Positions 36,800-47,680 of a stretch of DNA of 52,525 nt are shown here, piece after piece (within the stretch, counting starts at the first letter, position 1; each line of letters starts with the position of its first letter). The DNA is from Chromera velia (taxonomy: Eukaryota), in assembly GCA_018398765.1 (NCBI GenBank), contig JAHBMJ010000229.1:1-52525 (forward strand), in the 5' to 3' direction. Position numbers and translations under genes: made by a program. The notes under the pieces are model-generated. The model was not told the DNA's origin, ran no database searches, and was given only the letters and a program-made list of their open reading frames with translations.

Positions 36800-38240
36800 A
36801 TATGAACAGAAGCCGTTTAGGCCTGTAGATAAAGCTAGGTAAGCAAGTGTGTAAACAGAAGCCGTTTGGGCGTGTGGGAGAATGTTTGGGCATGCGGGTG
36901 CATGGAGAAAGAGGGGTATAGAAAGGAAGTGTGTGCAGTAACAGAATCCGCTTAGGCCTGCAGGTGGATGAATGAAGAGAGATGGAGAGAGCGAACGTGT
37001 TTATGAGTATGTATGAGTTTGTGAACAGAAGCCGTTTGGGCATGCGGGCGAGACAAGAAGAACGAGTGTGTGAACAGAAGCCGCTTAGGCCCGTGGATAA
37101 ATGAAGAGACATCAATTGTGTGTCATTAAAGAAAAGCCGCTTAGGCCGCTGGTTAGGCCTGTGGATGAATGAAAAGAGATCAAGTGTGTGAACAAAAACA
37201 TACAGAAGCCGCTTGGGCCTATGGATGAGTGAAGAGAGACAAGGAGAACAAGTGTATGAACAGAAGCCGTTTGAGCATGTGGGTGAATGAAGGGAAACAA
37301 GGAGATACAAGGAGAGTGAGTGTGTGAACAGAAGCCGCTTGGGTGTATGGGTGAATGAAGGGAGACAAGGAGATACAAGGAGAGCGAGTGTGTGAACAGA
37401 AGCTCCTTGGGCATATGGGTGAATGAAGGGAGATAAGGAGATATAAGGAGAGCGAGTGTGTATCACTGAACAGAAGCCGGTTGGGCATGCAAGCAAAGAA
37501 AAAGAGATAAAGAGAACGAGTGTATGGACAGAAGTTAGGAACAGGAGCCGTTTGGGCCTATAGATAAATGAAGAGGGATCAATCATATGTTATTGAACAA
37601 AAGCCGCTCGGGCCTATGGTTAGGCTTATGGATGAATGAAGAGATATCAAATGCGTAAACAGAAGCCGCTTGGGCCTGCTGATGAATTAAGAGAGACAGG
37701 GAGAGTGAGTGTATGAACAGAAGCCGTTTGGGCATGTGAGTGAATGAAGAGAGATAAGGAGATACAAGGAGAGCGAGTGTGTGAACAGAAGCCGCTTGGG
37801 CCTCATGCAGTGAATCAATGAAGAATAATAAAGAGAGACACGGAGAGCGAGTGTATAAACAGAAGCCGTTTGGGGCGTCACGATGGTGTGGGTGCATGAA
37901 CACAGATAGGGAAAGCGAGTGTGTGAACCGGTATGAACAGGCTAGGTGAACAGGAGCCGGTTGGGCGTGTGGGTGAATGAAGAGGGACAAGGAATCGCAC
38001 AAGCATGCCAGCAGAAGATATTTGCATGGGCGTGTGGGTACCTGAATAAATAGAGACAGCCTGTCACTAAAAAAGAATGAGACTCAGTGTATAAATAGAA
38101 CTTCAAGCCGCTAGGGCCTGTGGGTAAATAGAAATAAACGAAGAGAGACAGAGAGAGCAAGTGTGTGAACAAAAGCCGTTTGGGCATGTGGATGTGAGAG
38201 TTTTAATGGAAGCCGTTAACTTTGGGCATATGGGTGAGTG
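36800..38240. repeat. Degenerate tandem array of roughly 22 units of ~50-85 bp with core GTGTGAACAGAAGCCGYTTRGGC
   Basis: The core recurs at e.g. ~36804, 36854, 37024, 37073, 37259, 37327, 37715, 37784, 37858 and 38168, separated by related purine-rich GAATGAAG(A/G)GAGA segments. Confidence 0.9.
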
Positions 38241-38785
38241 ATTGAAGAGAGACAGGGAAAATGAAGGAGTAAGTGAGTGAACAAGTGAGACACTGAGTGA
38301 GTGAATTAGTAAAGAAAGCAAGAATGACTCAGTGAGTTAGTGACTAAGTATGTTGGTGAGTGAGTAAGTAAACACAATTAACTACAGCAACTAATACAGC
38401 AAGCGTAGCAAACATGTAGTTTAGGACTTATATAATGTTGTGTTCAAACATTTTATAGACTAGCTCACAGTCTCAGTCACAGCTAGATGATTTAAAAGAG
38501 CAAGTTGATAATAAAAGGCATATATAATGTTTGGCTACTATATATGCTACTATGCTACTACTAGAATGGCCAAAATATAAATGAAAGTAAATGAAAGAAA
38601 CATTACAGCATATGTATCTGTATATAAAAGACCTATATATTGACTCCGTAAATAAAAAATAAAAATGTAAGTAGATGTAAGCAGGGAGCACTGTGATTTT
38701 TTTTTTTTATAAACAAAAATAAGTTGTTAAAGATTTATCAGTAGTGTATTGCAGCGGTTACAATTTCATTTCCTTTTTCACGTTT

Positions 38786-39019
38786 GACCTCCCTAAACGT
38801 AACTACCACTTGATAGTTCAGGCCGCATTTTTTGATAAGCTTGAAAGTCTGCGCCGCAGGCACGGATTATTTATGGTGTCTTGAAAACCAAAGCCACATA
38901 TCTGGATGGTGTCTTGATTGTCTACACCGCAGGCGTGGACAGTCTCTTGAAAAAAGATGTCGCAGATAAAGATTATCTTGATTATATTTTTTCAAGTAGC
39001 ACTTAGGTTCAGGGAGTTT
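38786..39019. mobile_element. ~234-bp MITE, copy 1
   Basis: Imperfect TIRs (gacctccctaaacgtaactaccacttga / tcaagtagcacttaggttcagggagttt). Flanking direct repeat tcacgttt (38778-38785, 39020-39027; extendable to ttttcacgttt). Homologous over its length to 40290-40524 in the opposite orientation. Confidence 0.8.
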
Positions 39020-40289
39020 TCACGTTTATTCATGTTAACACCATGTGTTAGCGAAGTCCTTGTACGTCATTAATTTTCTTATTAGCAAACATATTTAATA
39101 GCAGAGTTCTTCTTATTTCTTCTTCTCAACCGTCTTGAAGCCCGTCCAGCCGTCTCCGGCCCTCTACGGCATTTACAGATACCGCGGCTACGCCTTTGCG
39201 TAGCCAACAACCGTGATTGAGGGTTTTGTTATGCACCATATATTAATATGTATTAATATGGGAAGGGGAACCTATTGCATGCATGTACCACGATCATGGA
39301 CGCACCTCTTAGTGGTCTCACCTTATCTCACCCCTGGGGGCCACGGCATGTCCCGTAGGGACATTACAATATAATTAATATCATAATGCGATCGCAGCTC
39401 CGTGCGAGTTGCTTAAGGGGCACATTGTGGAATTTGGGCGATACCGAGACAGAACCGAACCCCCCCCCCCAAAAAATGAAAAAATGCGTTATGCGGATGC
39501 GTGCGATCTCAGGGCCTCTCGGCTGATCTCAGCAGAGCTGAGCTGCCCCCCAAGGCGATTTAAGTGCATGCATGCATGAAGAACAAATCCCCCCATATGT
39601 ATGCAACTGGCAAGAGAATTGAAAGAAAGAGAAAGACCATTTTAATGTTTAAGAGATAGAAAAGACACAAACAAAGAGAAGAGCCTGACAACATCAGATT
39701 GAAGAAACATGATAAAGGAGCCAAAAGCCGCTAAGCGTGCAAAAGAATTTATGGATATAAAGAAAAGGTTTAATAAAGAAATGTTGAGGAGAAACAAATT
39801 TTTTCAACTGGCTAAGGAACCCATTGAAGAAGAAGTCGGGGAAGGGAAAAGAAAGACCATAACGCTCATCCATAGATAGGCAGAGTTGACCACACGAATA
39901 CACGGAGAATGAAAGGTATTAATTTTTGTCCATCGTGGAGTAGTATAAGCTAGGCGCGGCGGCCTAGTCCGAGGGGCTTGCGCTTGGAACAGATTGGCCG
40001 TATAATAGACGGATAAGACCTATGCCTAGGTAAGATGTATACTGGTTCGACAAAGGACCAGAGAGACACTAAAGAAAGATATGTATGCAAACAAATCTAC
40101 ATGCATGCACCCGGCCCCATGCACCCATGCATGGCCGGGGCCCACGCATATTTCTTTAGTATCTTCTCTGGTCCTGTACGTAATTAGCCGATTATTTTGA
40201 CATACGCACGTTCTGTTTTGAAAGCCAATTTCTCCTCACTTTTCTATGGTACGTGTCAGATAATTTTTGATCGACCGGCCCGCTGCATG

Positions 40290-40524
40290 GAACCTCTATG
40301 GACCTAAGTACCACTTGAAAAAATCTAATCAACATGATTTCTACCTGCGGCATCTTTTTTCAAGAGACCGTCTATACCTGCGGCATGGACGGTCAAGACA
40401 ACGTTCAGATATGTGGCTTTGATTTTCAAGAGACCATAAATGATCCGCGCCTGCGGTACGGACTTTCAAACTTATCTAAAAATGCGGCTTGAACTTTCAA
40501 GTGGTAGTTAGGTTTAGCGAGGTC
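40290..40524. mobile_element. ~235-bp MITE, copy 2 (inverted relative to copy 1)
   Basis: TIR core acctaagtaccacttgaaa (from 40302) / tttcaagtggtagttaggt (to 40513), 18/19 match. Its reverse complement aligns to 38786-39019. No clean TSD. Confidence 0.75.
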
Positions 40525-43091
40525 ATGCAGCTCTGGAGGGCGGAACGAGGCTTGAAACATGTTCGCATAGAGCTTTCCGCCCGGGGGGCACTTAATTAAT
40601 CCCCTGTGACTCCTTTCCTCCGACAACCTGAAGCGACGCTCACGCAGGCTTACAGGCCCCGGCATGCCCTCACAACTTGACGTAGCGGCCCCTGGCGATG
40701 CATGCATGCATAGCCCCGCGGAGGGCAGAGCTCTAATTTATTTATGCCCTAGCTCTGAGGCCTTTAGAGTTACGAGCGGAGCGAGTAGCTCTGTAACTGT
40801 GTGATATATGCGCGAGTCGCGATCTCAAAAAAAATTTTAGGGCCTCTTGCGGCTGTATGATCTCATCAAAGCTGAATTGCCCCGCGAGGCGCGATAATTC
40901 CGTATGCCGGGGGCGAGTGGGGTGCTTTTTGCCCCCCTAAAGCGGCGCATTTCCACAAAAAACTTGTTCCCATAATTCGTAAAGAGTTAGAAGTTGAAAC
41001 TTTGTGTAAGAAGACGTTGTAACAATAGAAAAAGAACTATAGAACAGATTTTTTATATCATTTCTAGAAACATAGGCTGTCCTACAAATTTTTTGATATG
41101 CTTTATGATATATGCTTCATCATTACTTATTGAAGTTTAAAGCCTACTCCAGTTTGCTCATGCAAGGCGCCCAAAAGAGTGCAAGACTTCGCCTCCCCGG
41201 ACCTACTTAGGTCTACCCAGGTCATCCCAGGTCTGAGACCTCACTATTATATAGCTTTTAGCGTTAGTCAATACCTAGCCTGGCTAGCCAAACTAGCTAA
41301 CATTATCCGAGAATCTGGTTATAGCTATTAAACTAGCCAATTGGCTACAACCAATAATTTTACATCTTTGTTGTCCGGATGAAACCGCTTAAATTGAAGT
41401 CAAAATAGCTTTAAATTTTTTATGTATAGAACTAGGGGTATCACAAAGAAAAAAAAAAGTAAATGACTCTCTTTGTCAGGTACTTTTTTTTTTCTTTTTT
41501 TTTTTTGTCTAAAACAACTATTGTTTAGCTGTTATACGGGTGTTGCACAAGTGTTGCAAGGTGTTGTACACAAAAAAAAAAAAATGTAGATAACTCGTTA
41601 TTGAGGATCCGCCCTGATCCTATAAACCAATAACAGAGCAGTGGCTAGCATATATGAAGTGATGATAAGGGTGAACCCATAACTTTGAAGTTCGAGGTTC
41701 TTCCCAGCCTCTATCGACAAGATCCACTAACCGAAAGGTCTGAAACCTTCAGATGGAACAACAGGTCAATCAAGCCTCATTGAGTCTCTTTGCAATCCTT
41801 CTCTTCCATACAGAAATATACAATATACAATTTGCATGCCCTTTATCTAGATTTGTCAGCCTCAGAAATGCATGCTCTGTATCGCGCTCTGTATTGCATG
41901 TTCCGATCTAATTCTGTTTGATGTGTGACATGCGCGTGTGCGACTTCAGGACTGGTCATACGTATCTGTCATATGCATGCTTGCTTCGCTCGCATGCACT
42001 TGCTCTCTCTGCATGTAATGCTCTTTCTGTAAGCATCACTCTCTCCTCAGGATGCGAACCGAAGGTGCACTTCTTTTAGACTCTATTCTTATTTCTTCTT
42101 GGCTGTGCTGTCCATAACACTCGTTTTTCTAAAGATTTTTTTCCTTTTTTTTTTTTTGCTATGACATGCCTAGGTATAGAAAAATGTAGAAGAAGCCGCT
42201 TTGTGCTGAGCAAAGAGCTGCGCCGCCGTTATGGGTCTTTGTCTTGCGTCTCAGCTAAGAGAAATTGGAGAGAACATTCAATACACAACGTAAAGAAGAC
42301 AATTAAGAGAAAAAAATAGAAAAAGGCTAAGTGATGATGATGATGATTCAGGGTTAAATCCTAGATTTAGAGTAAGGTAAATAGACGATAACTACTAGTA
42401 AGTGCTAGAGTAAGTATTTGTTTTTTTAAGAGGGGTGCCGGGATGAAGAGGACTCCATCTAGATACATCATGCATGCTTGCACCTGTCTGTCTGCAGGTA
42501 CCCAATTAACCCTTCAAACTGTCAGTCTTCTGGTTGATTGACAGCTGATAACTAACAGCCGGTTACAGCCGGTCAGACATATGAAGATTTATGCTAGCCT
42601 ACTTGGTGAAAGCAAATGCCAACAATTATGTCATTAAAAAAAAAGACCTGACTTTTTCATATATATTCGTATGTTTTATACAAAGTTTGTTTATTAGTCA
42701 TGGTAAAAACTAGCTGTCATACTAGTAAACAGATCTAATAATATGTCTGTATGATTATCTCTCGTGAGTTTTGTTTGTCACCTGTCTCAGCCTGGAGTCA
42801 GCCACATCCAGCCACCACACACCTATACAAAATAACTTTGTTCAAACTTTAAAAATAAAGACATGAACTGCGCTGTGAGTTTTTATAAAATACTGGACGC
42901 CTAGATGTAGGGAGATGCAGACGGCGTATGATTGATAATCATTGATAATGGTAATGATGATGATGAGTGTGAACAGGTTGAGCGGTTGGTCGATCGATTG
43001 ATGGTTCAAGACTTCAAGTTTGGATGACATCGTATTTATGCAAGCTGATACATAGAGAGCATTTACTTTTATCCCGCCATTCCGTTTTCTC

Positions 43092-44422
43092 TCACAGTCC
43101 GTACTCGATCGGTCCGTCTCCCTCCCCATCCATCATGACGTGAAGGTTCTTCTTGTCGAGAAGGTCGAAAAGTTGGGAGGGCACAGGTGACCCGACAGAC
43201 GAGGGCCCGGAGAGAATTCGGATCTTGTCCTGGGTCCGCTTGTCGATGAACGGCTTGACCATGCTGAACACTCCCTTCGCAACCATCGGACAGGGAAAGA
43301 CACATAGCATGCCCAGACGCTGCAGCACAGGTAATGGCAGGAGAATGAATGAATGAATGAATGAGCCTGTGCAGACGAGCTCCTCGCACTCCACGGCATC
43401 TCCACGGCCACGTAATTCAAACAGAAACACACCCGCTTTTGAACGCTTGTGCGAACCATACGGAACAGTTTCCCCGCCGTGTGCGGATGATGGAGGGGCA
43501 GTAACCACGATCGAGTCTCTCCCTTTAAAACAAAAAATGTTTCCAGGCAGCTCTCCCTCGATGACCACACGCACGCGATGGGACCCCGGTATTATCTGCA
43601 TTTTGTTTTTATTTTTTGCCTTTCAATCACACGTCTACTTGCCTGCGGATAGTGTGCGGAGACGCATCCGATGAGTCCCTTGAGGAAGCTGACGTCGACC
43701 ACCTGGTTGGGCGCTCCCTCGTAACCCCGGATGTCGACGAGCACGGCTCTGCAGGCACGCGGACCGGGAGGGAGGGGATTGGTTTGATGCCGAGCCAAGA
43801 GGGGGACACAGGTAGTGACGAAAAAGGGAAAGAAGGGCAGTAGAAGGAAAGGAAACGACAGACATCTGTGGGAGGGTTCTGTTCTGAAGGACCGCATTCC
43901 CCCTCCATCGAGAAGCCGTCCTTCACCCTGAAAGAAACCTCTTCTCTCTCAATCATCCACGGATGTCTACGAGCGCTTGTCGAGTTGCCCTGTGGGTTCA
44001 AACTGGTCCACATTTATCCACACATCGTAAGAGACGAACAGACGATTAGAAAGGATTCCGTTTCGGAACACTCGTCTTTCCTGTCTCTTCCGACCCCCGA
44101 CCCCCTCCTCGATCGATAAGTGCACAGGCAAGGACAACGCCATCGGAAAGAAGCGAAGAGTGACTGACCGACCCACATTTGCTCATAGTCATCGTCTCCA
44201 GAGCCCAGCATTGCGTCCATCAGGAAGCAGACGTACAGAACGTATCTGCATACATAAAAGGGACAATGTGCTGACCGTTTCCGCATGATTCGTAGAATGT
44301 GCATACGTGCACGACACTGTGACTCTTCGACTTTTGACGACAGCCAATCTTCGAGCCTGAATGATTCGCTGGCCACTTCATATTCTCCATTTTTTGGTAC
44401 CCATGTGTCGAAATAAGTGCCC

Positions 44423-44453
<31 letters not shown>

Positions 44454-44902
44454 ACACACGTATTCATGTGTCAATGCATGCTTGACGTCCAGTGAAGGCA
44501 ATGTGTAATCAAAGCTGCTGGAGAACGCGAAAGAGAAGAGAAAGAGGTACCCCCTGTCCACAAAGATGACCGACTCTTCTGCAGGCGCCAATTTCCTGTC
44601 GTAGTATGCGCCTCTGACAACCATGATGGGCAGGCCGTCCTTTGTGTGCTTGTGCATGAACACGGCCTGCATCCTTGGGAAAGTTTATGGTTTGGGGACA
44701 TGACAGGGAATGGAGAGCAGGAAACGGCAAAAGCTGTACTCAAGCAACGGAGGCAGATACTGAAGACCTCTCTTCTTGCTTTCCGGGAGTCTTCTTAAAC
44801 CACCTTTCCTCTCCTTCCGTCGTTTCCCTTTCGTTCGTCTCGCTCTCTTGATCTCCCTTTCTCTCTCACTTTCGGTCTCTCTCTCTCTTACACACTCACA
44901 CA

Positions 44903-44942
<40 letters not shown>

Positions 44943-44974
44943 CATACACACAGACGTACGCACACACATACATG

Positions 44975-45026
<52 letters not shown>

Positions 45027-45224
45027 AACTGACGGTCCGTTTCCTCTCTGACCTTTGAGACTGCCGCCTTCTCCACCATGTCCTTGTTGACGGGGTCCCC
45101 GACCTTCCGTCGCCACTCGATGGTCTTCGTGAGACGCTCCGTCACGTCCTTCACCTGAAAGCACAATGTGTGTCTACGTATGTATATATGCATCAATAAG
45201 TAAGCGTGTGTGTGTGTGTGTGTG

Positions 45225-45264
<40 letters not shown>

Positions 45265-46642
45265 TGTGCGCAAACGTGTCTCCTTGTACGAATGCTCTGT
45301 GTAAAGCCACGTATAGAAAAGCCTCATCACTGCGCCTTTTCGTTGACGATCGCCAGCCAGCTTCTTGCGGAGTCACTGACTGTATGAGGACTAGCGCTAG
45401 CGTTGATTCCAGCGTCAGTTCAATTGGAACATGCATCAGAACAAAAAAAAAACTTTTGTCAGAGAAGGAATGGCAGGGAGTCATGGGGCCCGAGGGGGGA
45501 AAAGACATTGAAGGCAGAAATAGTCATTGAAATTTCATGGGCACACGGCGCACGGGAAGCTGATGGAGGGAGAACAGAAACGCCAAATTCAAATACATTA
45601 CCGCACGCAACTCACGTTTCCCTTTCCCTTCACAACGAAGCGTGCCAAATCCACCTGCATTCGATCAGACCACGTACAGATATATAGGGCGCAGAGCAAG
45701 GTTAACGGAACACGCACATTCGAAGCAAATGCAGTCATCGTGCCCATATTAAGGTTTGATTTTCCGAAGCTCCAGAGACAAGTTTTTTCTTTGCCACTTT
45801 TCAAACTTGTGTACGCTTGCCAGCCGTCGGGGAAGTCGGGTAGAAATGCTCCGATCAGAGAAGAAGAGGGCGTAGACGGATGCAAAAAACCAAAAACGCG
45901 ACCGAAGACTCTTGCCGACCCATTGAGACACAGAACCGCAGAATCTACCTCTTCCATGTCTGGGAAGTTTGCGCGAATGGTTGTCAGGCAGCTGCCAAAT
46001 TCCGTTCTTGCCTGCTTGAGCATGTTCGCTCTTCTGATTCTTGCCTTCTCGATTGCGAAGACTACTTCCGGATCCTGGACGGTTTCTCTCTTCAGCTCTT
46101 CTTCCAGGTTGTGTGCCGTCTGTCTGCGGGACTTGACAGCTTCTGCCAGCGCATGTGCGGAGGGGGAGTCCCCACCCGTTGCTGCTGCCTCCCCTGCCGC
46201 TGCTGCAGGAGCAGGAAGGGGAGCCACATTGCTGGTTGAAGACGTCTCTGAGGGGAAGATGTCTTGGAGAACGGGGATCTTCGGGGACCCTCCGTCGAAC
46301 TCTTCAGTCAGGTCGTGGGCAGCGTCGTAAAGGGTTTCGTTTCCGAAGATGCTGTCACGTCGGACTAGAGCCAGCAAGTGACGCACAGACGCTCGCTTGT
46401 GGGCGTATGCGGCCAGTCTGCTTTCCCCTCCTGAAGGATTCTCAGGATTGTGGAGGAAGTACTCTGACATCATGTCTGCAACACAGTATCATTCGACCAA
46501 GCTGCATGTGCGTGATAGACATGCATGCAAACGCAAACAAGGAGGTGTATACAGGGAAGCGAAGCCACTAAATTGACTGACCTATCGCCGGTTGGTCGTG
46601 CCCCGAAGGCACGGGGGCGTCTGGAGCCTCTCGCTCCGCCTC
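43092..46642 (-). CDS. Sec14/CRAL-TRIO lipid-binding domain protein with an N-terminal extension
   Basis: Exons ~45154-45053 (VTERLTKTIEWRR), ~44666-44575 (HKHTKDGLPIMVVRG), ~44245-44178 (YVLYVCFLMD), 43748-43643 (VLVDIRG...CVSAHYPQ) and 43319-43092 (RLGMLCVFPCP....FSMVKPFIDKRTQDKIRIL) form a canonical CRAL-TRIO signature. Upstream exons 46642-46582 and ~46475-45948 join each other in frame and probably belong to this gene, but the link and the start are unresolved. Confidence 0.8.
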
Positions 46643-47680
46643 TGCAGGAAAGAGGTACATCGCGGCTAGCCAGCGAACGATCTAAATCCTAAAGGAACCT
46701 CAAAGAAGATGTTACTACGGTGGATTGAAGAGCATCCCATGCTGGAAGTGATGCAAAGCCTCAATTGAATCCATGCATGCATGCCCGTCGGACCGCCGCT
46801 CGACTGATATCTCGAACGCCGCGGCCGGCATGCGCGCGCGGCTTGTATGCATGTGCACGCGGGCTGCATGGGGGTCCGGCCGCGGGCCGCGGGAGCGTGC
46901 AGGCCGGCGGGCCCCGGCGCGCGGGGTCCGGCCACGCGGCGCGGGATGCGGCCGCAAGAAATCCCGTTTGACACGCCATGCATGCTCTTATGCAGTCTCA
47001 TGTCTCATGTCAGCCTCTCCTCGATCGATCGGTCCTGTATGTATCTGTATGTTGAGTCCATTTGAATGGATCCACAACGATCCTGCAGAAGCACAGTTTC
47101 ACCGACAGACAGCAGCCACAAGTGCAAGACGTCCAGAGTAATTTCGCACTTGCTGTGGCAGACTTAAAACCAATGAAAACAATTCACGGAAGAGAGCTGT
47201 GAGCGTGGTTGACATTTCCTTACCGGTTAGAGGATGCCTTCATGCACGCCAAGGCGCCTTCTGTTGCACGAGGCTCCAACTGAGCCGGAGCAGGCGTCTT
47301 CCCCCAACCAGATTTCAAGGCACCGAATTTGTTGGCAACTTTCCCCCCCCTTGACTGCCTTCATCAAGCATGAAGCGTAGACACAATTAAAACGCGAATG
47401 GATTCGCGTCGAGATGCTCGAATTCTTGTCAGCATCATTGCTGTTGTGTTATTTGTCTGCTGAACTCGTCTTTGCTTCCTGCACCCCTCCACGTGCCTAT
47501 CTTGGGGAGGCACATCGAGAGCTTGATTGCTTGAACTATTTGCCTGGGGTGAGGCCTTGTTACACCAATATTTCTCGATAGATCTTCCGATTTTTGTACG
47601 GATCGGAAATTGCAAGCACGCGTGTTGAAGCCTGAGGGTGAAGATTTCGATCGATGCTGATCGGTGGTTGCAGGACGTCC

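Noticed and set aside
36800..38240. CRISPR array, or a PKRLLFTH repeat protein
   Set aside because: The linkers are related to each other, the cores are degenerate, no cas genes are present and the context is eukaryotic. The peptide motif jumps between frames and is interrupted by stops.
38786..40524. A single 1.74-kb element with 230-bp TIRs
   Set aside because: Each arm has its own TIRs and copy 1 has its own TSD; no TSD flanks the pair.
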